Below, piece by piece: positions 46,879 through 57,332 of a stretch of DNA of 64,000 nucleotides. Source of the DNA: Deferribacterales bacterium (GTDB lineage: Bacteria; Chrysiogenota; Deferribacteres; Deferribacterales; Geovibrionaceae); the NCBI GenBank assembly GCA_050253075.1, contig JBFWJS010000003.1, positions 21,358 to 85,357 of the forward strand, in the 5' to 3' direction. Numbering within the stretch: the first letter of the stretch is position 1; each line of letters starts with the position of its first letter. The position numbers and the translations under genes were made by a program. The notes under the pieces were generated by a model. That model did not search any database. It was not told the DNA's origin and saw only the letters and a list, made by a program, of their open reading frames with translations.

Positions 46879-47691
46879 TTAGTCCTGAAGCAGGCATCTT
46901 GCGAAATAGCCGTTTTTCAGGTCGTTTCCGCTTTCAGCCTTTATTGTCAGGTCGCCGCTTTCAATCTTTGCAGATTTCGGGCACATCTTTTTTATCATTT
47001 TTGCCAGCTTTACATGGGCGAGAGCAGGGTCATGGGCAGAGAGCAGTATAAAGGCGGGGTTGCCGCCTGAAAGCTCGTATACCATCTCCAGAAGCTCGGG
47101 CAGGTCTTTGCCCAGTTTCCATTTCTTCCCTTTACCCCCTGTGCCGAAGGCTGGCGGGTCAAATATGAATCCGTCGTAATGCTTGCCCCTTTTTATCTCT
47201 TTTTTCAGGAACGTCATCACGTCTTCCTGAACATATCTTATATCATTATCCTTACGGAAAGAGAGCTCTGCGTTTTCCTTTGCTCTTTTGATGGCGGGTT
47301 TTGATGCGTCGAGGTGGGTCACCTTGTTTATATGGTTGCTGGCAAACATAGTGGATCCGCCTGTGTATGCGAATCCGTTGATGATGTTGTGCCTTTCGCC
47401 TTCGGTGACCTCCGCCAGCCACATCCAGTTTTCGAGCTGTTCGGGGAATATGCCAACCTGTCCGCTCTCCAGCATGCCGAGGCTGAAGCATACGTCGTCG
47501 AAATGGGTAGAGAAGTCTGCTGTCTCACCCTTCCATTCATCGTCGAAAAATGCGTCGGCTTTTTTCCATTCGGATTTAGGCAGGGCGGGCTTCCAGAGAG
47601 CCTGCTTGGCTGCTCTGACAATACGGAGAGAACCAAACTGCTCGAGGCGTTTGCCGTCTCCCGTGTCTAATAATTTATAATCAGTATTCAT
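46879..47691 (-). CDS. Class I SAM-dependent methyltransferase (RlmI/RlmK-like)
   Basis: YKLLDTGDGKRLEQFG, FAYTGG, FDPPAFG. Confidence 0.88.
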   Translation of the reverse strand: MNTDYKLLDTGDGKRLEQFGSLRIVRAAKQALWKPALPKSEWKKADAFFDDEWKGETADFSTHFDDVCFSLGMLESGQVGIFPEQLENWMWLAEVTEGERHNIINGFAYTGGSTMFASNHINKVTHLDASKPAIKRAKENAELSFRKDNDIRYVQEDVMTFLKKEIKRGKHYDGFIFDPPAFGTGGKGKKWKLGKDLPELLEMVYELSGGNPAFILLSAHDPALAHVKLAKMIKKMCPKSAKIESGDLTIKAESGNDLKNGYFARCLLQD

Positions 47692-47842
47692 ACTGACCTC
47701 GTAATTTATTAAATCCCCGACGGCCGATAAAGCTGCGGAGAAAAGCTCAAAACTGTCAGATACGCTTTTGATGCGGGTTTGATTTAAATTAACACTGCTG
47801 AATCAAGCTGTCCAATAAAACCGTATGCACGGCTCAAAGATA

Positions 47843-47865
47843 AGGCGGGGTTTTGTGCCCCGCCT
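47843..47865 (-). terminator. Hairpin after the lipoprotein gene
   Basis: AGGCGGGG-ttttgtg-CCCCGCCT. Confidence 0.6.
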
Positions 47866-47872
47866 ATGATGT

Positions 47873-49201
47873 TTAAAACAGTGAGTTTATCAGTTTGTTT
47901 ACCATTACTTTTCCTGCCTGGTCTGCGGCAGAGTTCGCCAGAGATTTGCCGACTGCCTGTCCGACAGTTTCGTTCTGCTGGATTATGGTTGTCGTGCCGC
48001 CTGCTTTTATGTTTCGCATAGCGTTCAGCATCGCTTCCTGTTTCGCCAGCATGACGTTCTGCTCGGTACGTCTCTGGTTCTCTTTTTCTATGGATGTGGT
48101 GACGTCCATCATCGCTGCTATAAGAGTGTCGGAGAAGTTCCAGTTTTTCAGTATGGCTATTTCGTCCATGTCAAAGTCTTTATAGCCTGTGTCGGAGCGC
48201 TTCACCTTTGATATGATGATAGGCTGGCCGATGTGTGAGTCTATCAGTTTTTTTATGTTTCCTATCTTCATCTTTTCCGGACCGAAGAAGAGCAGCCTGA
48301 TCTCAGGCGAAGGGATGTAGAATTTCGCCTCCGGTGTGGTTTCCACATATTTGCCGAGCCCTGCGTAGTCTTCGGCAGCGAGGAATTTGTTTATGTTGTC
48401 TATGTAAGTCTGTTCCTGCTCTGCCTGCTTTTTCATTGCTCCCAGAGTTACCTGTGCCGGTGTGTATTCAGGGTATTTCGCCACGAATTCTTCGAGGGCG
48501 GGGATACCGTTTTTAACGGCGAGCTCATATTCAGGGACGACCTTTTCCAGCATTGTGATCTGTGTGTTTGCCTCTTCAAGGTAATATGCGTGTCTTGTGC
48601 TGTTCAGATATCCTTTGTAAGAGTCAGCGGAGTTGCCTGCCACAGCCTGATCCCAAAGTTTTTTATCAGCGTCGAATCCTTCCATGTGCAGCAGAGATAC
48701 TTTGTATCGTGAGTAGAAGTGGTTATAAAAGTCGGCTATGTTTTTCGGTCTGATGCCTCTTTTCAGTAGATAAATGCGCACTGCTTCGTTCTGCTGTGCA
48801 TAGTATGGCTCAGGTCTGTAGTCGCCGATGTAGTTCCAGTTTGAGCTGGTGAGAAACCGCCCGATGTATCCTGTGGTGTCCATGATGTAGTCGTTGCTTC
48901 TGTACTGCATGATGTATTTCGTACAGTCCAGACATGTCGCCAGAGCATATGACTCCAGCATAAGCGCATCGTTTGGCTTGGAAACTCTCACGTCGTCGTA
49001 GAGTTTCTTGAAATATTCGAATTTCCCCTTTGAGGTTACGGCTTTTGCATCGTAAAGGGTGAGGCTGTGCGGTGTCTTCATCTCAGATGTAAAAGCAGCC
49101 ATGTTGTTCTGATATGCTGCTGCTCCGATACGGTTCGCACCGCATCCGACAGTAAATATCAGAGTAGAAAGTAAGACTAAAGGTAATAAAATCTTTCTCA
49201 T
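47873..49201 (-). CDS. Hypothetical lipoprotein
   Basis: MRKILLPLVLLSTLIFTVGC lipoprotein signal; GGAGA RBS before 49201. Confidence 0.75.
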   Translation of the reverse strand: MRKILLPLVLLSTLIFTVGCGANRIGAAAYQNNMAAFTSEMKTPHSLTLYDAKAVTSKGKFEYFKKLYDDVRVSKPNDALMLESYALATCLDCTKYIMQYRSNDYIMDTTGYIGRFLTSSNWNYIGDYRPEPYYAQQNEAVRIYLLKRGIRPKNIADFYNHFYSRYKVSLLHMEGFDADKKLWDQAVAGNSADSYKGYLNSTRHAYYLEEANTQITMLEKVVPEYELAVKNGIPALEEFVAKYPEYTPAQVTLGAMKKQAEQEQTYIDNINKFLAAEDYAGLGKYVETTPEAKFYIPSPEIRLLFFGPEKMKIGNIKKLIDSHIGQPIIISKVKRSDTGYKDFDMDEIAILKNWNFSDTLIAAMMDVTTSIEKENQRRTEQNVMLAKQEAMLNAMRNIKAGGTTTIIQQNETVGQAVGKSLANSAADQAGKVMVNKLINSLF

Positions 49202-49459
49202 ATCTGTCTCCAAATTTTCAGTATGATATACACAATTATAATCCATAAAATATAGAAAGCTATGTAAATAGACTGTTTTCATCTTTTGATTTGAGTAAAA
49301 CAGAATATGCAATTAACAGGTATATTCACAGGTCTATTTGTATAAAAGCGTTGGAAACTATTATGTAAACCATTATAATAGGTTATACATAGAAATACTG
49401 TTGGTGCACCGACCCAATTTAGTTAAAAACACAAAAGTACGCAACAGTAAGGTAAATAA

Positions 49460-52045
49460 ATGATTAAATCTATGGGCAGGCAAACCAGAAATCTCTATCT
49501 TGCCTTCATACTGTTCTCTCTAGTGCTGTCGTTTGTTAACATGCTTATAGTAGAGAGATTTTACTCTCATAATATCCAGTACGTCGTGATGAAAAACGCC
49601 GAGTCTAAATCGAAAGAGAGAGCGGCGATGGTTCATGATTATCTTAAACTGTCGGAACAGAATATCTCATATCTGCGTAAAACAGATGAATTCAATAATT
49701 ACATAAAAGGTGCCGCAGATAAGTCTGATGTCGTAAAACTCTTCTATGCTTATGCAGAGTATAACAATGAAATAATGCAGATCAGGTACATTGATAAAAA
49801 CGGCATGGAAAAAGTGCGTGTCGATAGAGATGCGCCTGATTCAAGTGTTTATATAGTTGACGACAATGAACTTCAGGACAAATCAGACAGGTATTATTTC
49901 TCCGGCTCTCTTTCAAAGGAACTTGAAAAGGTCTGGTATACACAGATAGACTTTAACGTGGAGAACGGAGTCATAGTAGAGCCACATATATACACTCTTC
50001 GAACTATTCTGCCTGTTTCTGTTAACGGCAGTTTTGACGGAATACTTGTTGTAAACCAGTTTGCGAACGGATTTATAGAAAGGCTGGCTCGAACCCCGCT
50101 CTATGACAGCATCGTCTTTAACGATGCAGGCGATATTATCTATCACTACGACAAAGATGTACATCTTGGGGAATACTCCGGCAAGTTTGCGAACCTTAAG
50201 GATTATTACCCTGAGGTATACAGGGACATACTGAACAGTGATATGTATAAAACAAAGTCTGTTGTTTCCAGAAAATTGGACGTGCCTGTCAGCGGAGGGC
50301 TGAACATAATGCTCCAGTTGAAGAAGCAGTATATGGCTGTGCAGAAAACTCAGGCAAGAAATCAATATATCTTGATTTCAGCAGCAATATTTCTGTTTTC
50401 TGCTCTTTTTGCTTATTTCATAGTGAATAAATTCTCATATGTACTTTTGAATTTTAGAGAATTAAAACGGCTGCACGCCAGACTGAAGAACTCCTCCATA
50501 ATAGCGAAGATTGGCTTTTGGGAGATCGGGGCAAACGGTAAAATAATCTGGAGCGACGGTGCTTACGATATCTTTGAGATTGAAGATAAAAATACAGGTA
50601 TCACGCTAGAAAAGTTTATGACTTATCTGAATGAAGAGGATGCAGGCAGGCTTATGGAGAGATATCAATCCTCCATAGACGGTAAATACGATTACTTCTG
50701 TGACCACGCCATACTGACAGATAAGGGAAATATTAAGTATGTCGAAGAGCGTGCAAAGCATGAGTATGACTCTTCTGGTAACTATCTGGGCTCATCGGGC
50801 AGTGTTTACGACATTACCGAAAGATACCTCGCAGGGCGAAGGTACAAAATTATGCTGGAGCTCGCATCCGACGGTATATTCATTATGGACTGCGAAGGAA
50901 GGCTTGTGGAATTCAGCAATGCAGCATCAGATATGCTGGGATATACCCATGAGGAGATGCTTAATCTGACTGTCTTCGACTGGGACAAGGAGATAAGCAG
51001 TGAAGAGTTTAGTTCGCTCATTGACATGCTGGAAGAAGGGCGCATCAATATCGATCGGGTACATACGAGGAAGGACGGCACAGTCTATAACGCACAGATA
51101 ACATCGACTAAGATAAATCTGAACGGCAGTACATTTCTTTATGCCTCCGTAAGGGACGTTACAGAGAAAATCGAGAGCGAAGAGAAAATAATCAAACAAA
51201 GGGACGAGATGGAAGCCATCTTTGACACCGCTCTGGAAGGGATAGCTATTGTTGACCTGAACGGCATCGGGATTAAATTTAATAAAAAATACACTGAAAT
51301 ACTTGGATACAAAGAAGAAGAACTTGTCGGGCGGGATCTCTTCGGTCTCGCAAACGTAACCTATGCAGACAAAGCCAGAGAGATATTCAGAGAAGTCGGA
51401 AAGAAAGGTTTTTATGAAAACTTTGAGCGTAATTATACTGACCTGCAGGGGAATGTGAAAAGGCTTAAATCTTCTCTGGTGCTCCTGCCTAATAAGAAAG
51501 ATGTGCTCGTTACCACTGTCGAATATACCGAGCTTTACAACGCTTATAAGCAGATAGAGGAGCAGTCTATGACAGACGAGCTCACAAAGCTGTATAACAG
51601 AAAAGCGTTCAATATCCGCATTGCCGAGATGCTGGCGGAGTTTAAAAGGTATAAAAGCATATTCTCTGTAATAATGCTTGATATAGACCGCTTTAAGTCC
51701 ATCAACGACACATACGGGCACGATGTGGGCGACGCAGTTCTCAGCAGTCTCGGAAAGATGCTGAAGGCCTCAGTCAGGGAGAATGACTATGCCTTTCGAC
51801 TCGGAGGCGAAGAGTTCCTCGTCATCCTGAGTAATACGGATATTGATGCTGCCGTTGTTGTCGCTGAGCATATCCGTGAAAAGATAGAGCGTGATCTGAA
51901 TGTTATCGACGGCAGGGTTATCACATCCAGCTTCGGTGTGTGTGAGGTGAATGCCGAAGACACTGTCCTGACAATATATAAAAGAGCCGACAGCAACCTT
52001 TATAAAGCCAAAGAGAACGGGCGTAACAGGGTTGAATCCGATTAG
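49460..52045 (+). CDS. Diguanylate cyclase with periplasmic Cache and three PAS domains
   Basis: TDELTKLYNR, DIDRFKSINDTYGH, RLGGEEF. Confidence 0.93.
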   Translation: MIKSMGRQTRNLYLAFILFSLVLSFVNMLIVERFYSHNIQYVVMKNAESKSKERAAMVHDYLKLSEQNISYLRKTDEFNNYIKGAADKSDVVKLFYAYAEYNNEIMQIRYIDKNGMEKVRVDRDAPDSSVYIVDDNELQDKSDRYYFSGSLSKELEKVWYTQIDFNVENGVIVEPHIYTLRTILPVSVNGSFDGILVVNQFANGFIERLARTPLYDSIVFNDAGDIIYHYDKDVHLGEYSGKFANLKDYYPEVYRDILNSDMYKTKSVVSRKLDVPVSGGLNIMLQLKKQYMAVQKTQARNQYILISAAIFLFSALFAYFIVNKFSYVLLNFRELKRLHARLKNSSIIAKIGFWEIGANGKIIWSDGAYDIFEIEDKNTGITLEKFMTYLNEEDAGRLMERYQSSIDGKYDYFCDHAILTDKGNIKYVEERAKHEYDSSGNYLGSSGSVYDITERYLAGRRYKIMLELASDGIFIMDCEGRLVEFSNAASDMLGYTHEEMLNLTVFDWDKEISSEEFSSLIDMLEEGRINIDRVHTRKDGTVYNAQITSTKINLNGSTFLYASVRDVTEKIESEEKIIKQRDEMEAIFDTALEGIAIVDLNGIGIKFNKKYTEILGYKEEELVGRDLFGLANVTYADKAREIFREVGKKGFYENFERNYTDLQGNVKRLKSSLVLLPNKKDVLVTTVEYTELYNAYKQIEEQSMTDELTKLYNRKAFNIRIAEMLAEFKRYKSIFSVIMLDIDRFKSINDTYGHDVGDAVLSSLGKMLKASVRENDYAFRLGGEEFLVILSNTDIDAAVVVAEHIREKIERDLNVIDGRVITSSFGVCEVNAEDTVLTIYKRADSNLYKAKENGRNRVESD

Positions 52046-52152
52046 GCTCTGCTCCTTTCAATAAAATCTTTACAACGAAGTCTTGAATTATATCTAATTA
52101 GTCCTATTTTTAGAATTGTTGAATATCATTATTAAATCAAAGGAGAAGAATA

Positions 52153-52695
52153 GTGAAAAAGATAGGAATAATAGTTGGAAGCCTGAGAGAAAAATCTTTC
52201 AGCAAAGCCGTAGCCGAGTATGTTTCTTCTCTGCTGGCGGGTAAGTATCAGACAGAGTTTATAAAATACGATAAGCTGGAAATATATAATCAGGACTTAG
52301 ACGATAAACCGTATCCATCATGGACGGAGTTCAGGGAAAAGGTAAAGGGCGTGGATGCACTGCTGTTTGTCACCCCCGAGTACAACAGATCATTCCCGGG
52401 CGGGTTGAAAAACGCTCTGGATGTGGGCTCCAGACCATACGGTGCAAGCGTGTGGGGCGGTAAGCCGGGCGGAGTGATCAGCGTCAGCCCCGGTGCTATC
52501 GGAGGCTTCGGTGCGAACCACCATCTGAGGCAGGTTCTCAGCTTTCTGGATGTGTATACGCTTCAACAGCCTGAGGCTTATGTCGGCGGTGTTATGGCTT
52601 CTCTGGACGAGGATAACAAGGTCACGGGCGAGTCTCTGCAAAAGTTTCTGAAAACCTATGCAGATGCTTTCGCAGGCTGGGTGGATAAATTCTAA
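52153..52695 (+). CDS. NADPH-dependent FMN reductase (ChrR-like)
   Basis: GSLREKSFS, TPEYNRS, LKNALDVGSRPYG. Confidence 0.92.
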   Translation: MKKIGIIVGSLREKSFSKAVAEYVSSLLAGKYQTEFIKYDKLEIYNQDLDDKPYPSWTEFREKVKGVDALLFVTPEYNRSFPGGLKNALDVGSRPYGASVWGGKPGGVISVSPGAIGGFGANHHLRQVLSFLDVYTLQQPEAYVGGVMASLDEDNKVTGESLQKFLKTYADAFAGWVDKF

Positions 52696-52711
52696 ACAAC
52701 TTATAAAACCA

Positions 52712-52745
52712 AGAGCCCTTTCGTTTCATACGGAGGGGCTTTTTT
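52712..52745 (+). terminator. Intrinsic terminator
   Basis: AGAGCCCTTTCG...CGGAGGGGCT followed by a T run. Confidence 0.75.
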
Positions 52746-52760
52746 GTGACTTTTGTCACA
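52745..52760. promoter_or_regulatory. Crp/Fnr-type box
   Basis: TGTGAC-tttt-GTCACA (TGTGA-N6-TCACA) upstream of a Crp/Fnr gene. Confidence 0.7.
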
Positions 52761-52835
52761 GAAATTATTGAGCATATTCATATAGACTTTGATACGGCAG
52801 TTTAAGCATTTATAATGATGTCATAAGGGGGCTGT

Positions 52836-53495
52836 ATGAACAAGCTGGAGTCTATACCCGTATTTCAGAGCCTGAGTGAAGAGGGGAAGGCACTTTTTAA
52901 GCGTGAGATGCAGCTTGTTAGGATAGATAAGCCTGCCCAGATACTGCATAAGGATTCACAGGTTTCGGGAGCGTATATTGTCATAGGTGGCAGACTGCGT
53001 GTGTATTCCATATCGCCGTCGGGCTCCGAGGCGACCCTATACTGCATCAACCCCGGCGAGACATGCGTCATAGCCCTTAACTGCCTGTTTCAGAATATAG
53101 CATATCCCGCATGGGTGGAGACTGAGCCCGATACGGTTGTCGCCGTTATCCCGGGGGCGGCTTACCGCAGTCTTTTTAGGACAGAACCGTCCATACAGGA
53201 TCTCACCGTTCAAGCACTTTCCACATCAGTTTTCCGCCTTATGGAGGAGCTTGAACAGCTCCATTTCTGTAAGCTGGAGCACAGACTCGCCAGCCTCATA
53301 CTCACACGTTCCGCCTCCGACGGCAGGCTCCGTATGACACATCAGGAGATGGCGTATAACCTCGGTACGGCTAGGGAGGTTGTCTCCCGCATTATCAACC
53401 TCTTTACACAGAATAATTATATCGAAACCTCCCGAGGGAGCATCATCGTGACCGATCCCGACGCAATGATGAATATGATATCGGAAAATATCTGA
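52836..53495 (+). CDS. Crp/Fnr-family transcriptional regulator
   Basis: cNMP-binding fold; THQEMAYNLGTAREVVSR HTH. Confidence 0.93.
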   Translation: MNKLESIPVFQSLSEEGKALFKREMQLVRIDKPAQILHKDSQVSGAYIVIGGRLRVYSISPSGSEATLYCINPGETCVIALNCLFQNIAYPAWVETEPDTVVAVIPGAAYRSLFRTEPSIQDLTVQALSTSVFRLMEELEQLHFCKLEHRLASLILTRSASDGRLRMTHQEMAYNLGTAREVVSRIINLFTQNNYIETSRGSIIVTDPDAMMNMISENI

Positions 53496-53509
53496 AAAAA
53501 TCCATTCTA

Positions 53510-53525
53510 TGTAACTTTAGTCACT
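53510..53525. promoter_or_regulatory. Second Crp/Fnr-type box
   Basis: TGTAAC-ttta-GTCACT upstream of the DUF4242-like gene. Confidence 0.6.
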
Positions 53526-53595
53526 GTTCTCCTTCTTAATCTCCTCTAAAACTCTGAATATGATACATCTCTGCTATTTCAGAGGTGAAAATATC

Positions 53596-54024
53596 ATGGC
53601 AGGAGGCAATATGGATAAGGATAGAAGAAAATTTCTGATAGGTACCGCTGCCGTGGGGGCTGCTGCTGCTTTCAGACCGGATTTTCTAGTTTCACAGGCA
53701 TATGCAAAAACAAAGGAGGACGATATGAAACCGCTTAAATTTTTCATCGACACACACGACAAAGAGAACCAGACTTTTCCCGCAAAGATTTCACCTGCGG
53801 AATTTGAACAGTTTTATGCGAAATATAAAGAGGCTTGCTATGAGGAAGGGGTCATCCCCGTGCGCCTGCATGTGGGCTATGACGACGGCAGAGCATTCTG
53901 CCTCACTATGGCACCCAGCGAAGAGGCGGTGAAAAACGCACATAAGAGAGTAGGTCTCCCTTATGACACCATCAGCGAGGTCGTTATGGCGACCCCAGGC
54001 GATGCCTTTTTCATGCTGAAATAG
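53596..54024 (+). CDS. DUF4242-like protein with twin-arginine (Tat)-type leader
   Basis: DRRKFLIG leader; FFIDTH...GRAFCL..APSEEAVKNAH..VGLPYD.I.EV. Start may be 53596 or 53611. Confidence 0.7.
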   Translation: MAGGNMDKDRRKFLIGTAAVGAAAAFRPDFLVSQAYAKTKEDDMKPLKFFIDTHDKENQTFPAKISPAEFEQFYAKYKEACYEEGVIPVRLHVGYDDGRAFCLTMAPSEEAVKNAHKRVGLPYDTISEVVMATPGDAFFMLK

Positions 54025-54051
54025 GCACTTTTCAGGATTACAACCTTACGC

Positions 54052-54081
54052 ACCCGCAGGCATACGCTTGCGGGTTTTTTT
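54052..54081 (+). terminator. Intrinsic terminator
   Basis: ACCCGCAGGC-atac-GCTTGCGGGT followed by a T run. Confidence 0.8.
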
Positions 54082-54134
54082 ATGTCTGAAAATAAAAAAA
54101 GCCCAGCCTAAGCTGAGCTTGTAAAATCTTTTAA

Positions 54135-54205
54135 AGGCGACGTCGAGAATCGAACTCGAGTACACGGCTTTGCAGGCCGCTGCCTAACCACTCGGCCACG
54201 TCGCC
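54135..54205 (-). tRNA. tRNA-Cys(GCA)
   Basis: GGCGACGTGGCCGAGTGGTTAGGC...CT-GCA-AA...GTTCGATTC...CGTCGCCT. Confidence 0.96.
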
Positions 54206-54249
54206 AGAAACTAAAAAGACCGACCTGAAAAGATCGGCCTTTTAAAAAA

Positions 54250-54322
54250 AGCGGGTGACCGGACTCGAACCGGCGACCTCAACCTTGGCAAGGTCGCGCT
54301 CTACCAGCTGAGCTACACCCGC
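54250..54322 (-). tRNA. tRNA-Gly(GCC)
   Basis: GCGGGTGTAGCTCAGCTGGTAGAGC...TT-GCC-AA...GGTTCGAGTCC...CACCCGCT. Confidence 0.96.
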
Positions 54323-54382
54323 TTGGGAGATGTTTTATATCTTATTCTAGTAGCAGTGTCAACAAATTATTTTAAAAAAATG

Positions 54383-55066
54383 TCATTCTTTTATGAAGAC
54401 TGTTCCTTCCTGAAAAGCACCGTCGGGTTTCGGTATGCTGACATAGCTGAAGCCTGCGGTCACAAAGTCCGCTCTGATAGCTTTTCCGGATGAATATGTT
54501 GCCACTTTTCCTTTATCTGTGCATAGCTTATGCAGCTTTTCAAATACTTCCACAGTCCACATCTCGGGGTTCTTTCTCTTCCCGAAAGGGTCGAAGTATA
54601 TAATGTCAAACTTCCACTCCAGCCTGTCGAGTATATCCCTTGCGTCGCCTATTGCGATGTCGAGCCTGATGTTCTCATGCCCGCCGTCGGTTATCAGCTT
54701 TCTGAGGATGCTGTAGCCCCTGAGAGGCCATAGAAATATATTGTCTCTGATGGTGTCGAAGAGTGATGCCTGCTTTTCCACTGTGACGATATGGAGCTTG
54801 TACGGTGTGTTAAGGTCTGCGACTTTATCCAGAGTGACGGAAAGGTTGCTCCCTCCGCCGAGGCATATGTCGAGAAGGCGCACGTCCTGCTTCATCAGCA
54901 GTTCGCCTATGCCCGATGCATTATAGAATTTATGCAGGCTCTCCGTATACGCACCGACACTCTTTGCCCTGTAGCCCTCGTGATAATCCATGCTGTATAA
55001 AGATATAGAACCGTCCGCCGTTATCAGCGGCTTGTTCTTACCTTTTAACGGGACTAAATTCGGCAT
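54383..55066 (-). CDS. MnmD/MnmC-type tRNA mnm5s2U methyltransferase domain protein
   Basis: TADGSISLYS..YHEGY....GAYTESLHKF; LDICLGGG; FDPF..KNPEMWT; ATYS. Start at 55066 chosen to minimise overlap with nadB. Confidence 0.8.
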   Translation of the reverse strand: MPNLVPLKGKNKPLITADGSISLYSMDYHEGYRAKSVGAYTESLHKFYNASGIGELLMKQDVRLLDICLGGGSNLSVTLDKVADLNTPYKLHIVTVEKQASLFDTIRDNIFLWPLRGYSILRKLITDGGHENIRLDIAIGDARDILDRLEWKFDIIYFDPFGKRKNPEMWTVEVFEKLHKLCTDKGKVATYSSGKAIRADFVTAGFSYVSIPKPDGAFQEGTVFIKE

Positions 55067-56600
55067 CGTTGAAGTAGATGTGCCAGTTGTCGGATATCCT
55101 GTCGGGGAAATCGTCTCTGTAATGTCCGCCACGGCTCCCTTTGCGGTCTTTTGCGGCTTTTGCCATCAGCAGTCCCACCGTCGCCATGTTGTTAAGCTCG
55201 GCTGTCGCTCTGTTTGAAGGTGTTTTCCCTTCGAACTTAGTGAGGAATCCGCTGAGGAACTCGATAGCCTTATCAAGGCCCGCTTCGTTGCGTGCTACGC
55301 TGACATTCTGCCACATGCAGGTCTGAATAGCCTCGAGGTCTTTATCCGTGTCGGAAATCTCTATCATATCGCCTATGCTGATGTCCTGCTCACGTATCTC
55401 TCGGTTTCCGTTGTCCCTGACGGCTGCTTTTGCGCTTCTACCGCCGTAGACAACACCCTCGAGAAGAGAATTGCTGGCGAGTCTGTTTGCGCCGTGTACG
55501 CCGTTACAGGCTGCCTCGCCGCATGCATAGAGACCTTTAAGTGTGGATCTGCCCCAGTCGTCCGTATATATACCGCCCATGAAATAGTGGGCAGCAGGGC
55601 TGACGGGGATAGGGTCCTTACTGATGTCCAGGCCGTATTCCAGACATGTGGAGTATATTTTAGGGAATCTGTTTTTTACAAAGTTAGCTTCGAGGTGTGA
55701 AAGGTCGATATAGACGTGGTTTTCGCCTGTCTCGTTCATCTCGAAGAATATAGAACGGCTCACGACGTCTCTCGGTGCGAGCTCGCCGTCGGGGTGATAT
55801 TTGGTGCAGAAGCGTTCCATATATTTGTTTTTCAGCACGCCCCCTTCGCCTCGCATAGCTTCGCTCAGGAGGAAAGCAGGTGCGCCTTCGAGGTGCAGTC
55901 CTGTGGGGTGAAACTGAAAGAATTCCATGTCTCTCATGGAGGCTTTCGCCCTGAAAGCCATAGCCATACCGTCGCCCGTGACGACAGCAGGGTTTGTGGT
56001 ACGTGTGTAAAGTCTGCCCGCTCCGCCTGTGGCTACTATCACGGCTTTTGCGTAATAGAGGCTTATCTCGCCCGTTTTTTCATTAAGGGCGATGACTCCC
56101 GCCACGCTGTCGGGGGCGTCTTTGATAAAGTCGAGGGCATATGTGTATTCCAGTCTTTCGATGTTGTCTATGTTTCCGGAATATTCTTTGAGTGTGCGGA
56201 CAATCTCGTGCCCTGTGGCGTCGCCTTTTGCGTGGATGATACGTTTCACGCTGTGGGCTGCCTCACGGGTGAATTCGAGAAGGCTGCCGTGCATGTCGAA
56301 CTTTGCGCCCCAGGAGATAAGCTGTTTGATATACTTAGGTCCTTCTTCAACCAGTGTGGAAACTGCTTTCAGGTCACACAGCCCATCACCTGCACGCAAA
56401 GTATCCTCGATGTGCAGAGATATATCATCGTCGTCGGAGAGAGCGACGGCAACACCGCCCTGCGCATATTCAGACGAACTTTCACCAAGAAAGCACTTGG
56501 TGACAACGGCAACGCGGCCGTGACCGGCGAGCTCTATTGCTGCTCTGAGACCGGCCACTCCGCTGCCTAATACTATATAATCATAAAAGATTGTGTTCAT
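55038..56600 (-). CDS. nadB: L-aspartate oxidase
   Basis: GSGVAGL, YAQGGVA, REAAHS..RIIHA, QFHPT, HGANRLASNSLLE. Confidence 0.94.
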   Translation of the reverse strand: MNTIFYDYIVLGSGVAGLRAAIELAGHGRVAVVTKCFLGESSSEYAQGGVAVALSDDDDISLHIEDTLRAGDGLCDLKAVSTLVEEGPKYIKQLISWGAKFDMHGSLLEFTREAAHSVKRIIHAKGDATGHEIVRTLKEYSGNIDNIERLEYTYALDFIKDAPDSVAGVIALNEKTGEISLYYAKAVIVATGGAGRLYTRTTNPAVVTGDGMAMAFRAKASMRDMEFFQFHPTGLHLEGAPAFLLSEAMRGEGGVLKNKYMERFCTKYHPDGELAPRDVVSRSIFFEMNETGENHVYIDLSHLEANFVKNRFPKIYSTCLEYGLDISKDPIPVSPAAHYFMGGIYTDDWGRSTLKGLYACGEAACNGVHGANRLASNSLLEGVVYGGRSAKAAVRDNGNREIREQDISIGDMIEISDTDKDLEAIQTCMWQNVSVARNEAGLDKAIEFLSGFLTKFEGKTPSNRATAELNNMATVGLLMAKAAKDRKGSRGGHYRDDFPDRISDNWHIYFNDAEFSPVKR

Positions 56601-56612
56601 TTCTTGCCTTCG

Positions 56613-57332
56613 TTAGAATCTGATTCCTGCTTTAAGGCTGTACTGGGCAACTGTTCCCACTGCCACTTCGCCGTTTATAACGACAAGAGGGAATGGAGAG
56701 AACTGAAGACCTGCAAGCGCTCTGTAAGCGGCTACGTTTTCATCGTCGAGGTTGTTGTCAGAGTCGTCGGACGCCATTGTGTAGACAGTCTCAACACCGC
56801 CGTACGGTGTGAACATGAGGATGCCTTTGCTGATGTATGCGCCTGCGGACAGTGTCTGAAGGTCGATGTCTTCAAGTCCGAAAACTTTTGTGTAAGAAGC
56901 CTTTACGCTGAGGGCAGGAGTAGCGACAGTACCTTTAAGGAGAGCATACTTAACTTCGCCTGTGATAGCTGTGAAGTCTATGTTTACGCCTTTTGTAACG
57001 CTTGCGCCGAGGTCAAGACCGAAAGGAAAGCCTTTCTGTGCGTGCACTCTGTATGCGAGGATAGCGCCGTCAGGGTCGTTGTTGTCCCAAGCGTTTTTCC
57101 AGTGGTCGTCACCGTCTTTGATATTTATAACTGTTGTTTCGAGAGCAATGTCGAAACCGATTGTTTTAAGCGGCTCGGCAGGGCTGTTCGGTGTAGGTGT
57201 CACAGCTAGTCCGATCTCTTTAGTGAGGTCTCTGAACTGATCCTGTGTGAGTCCCGCCTGTAAGTTGAAGTCGTCCGCAGCGAAAGCAACGCTGCATACC
57301 ATCATGATAGCGAATACGAGTAACTTTTTCAT
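56613..57332 (-). CDS. Putative outer-membrane beta-barrel protein
   Basis: Signal peptide; alternating beta pattern; C-terminal Phe (LKAGIRF). Confidence 0.7.
   Translation of the reverse strand: MKKLLVFAIMMVCSVAFAADDFNLQAGLTQDQFRDLTKEIGLAVTPTPNSPAEPLKTIGFDIALETTVINIKDGDDHWKNAWDNNDPDGAILAYRVHAQKGFPFGLDLGASVTKGVNIDFTAITGEVKYALLKGTVATPALSVKASYTKVFGLEDIDLQTLSAGAYISKGILMFTPYGGVETVYTMASDDSDNNLDDENVAAYRALAGLQFSPFPLVVINGEVAVGTVAQYSLKAGIRF

Noticed and set aside
47700..47830. Riboswitch upstream of the SAM methyltransferase
   Set aside because: I could not match SAM or any other riboswitch consensus by eye.
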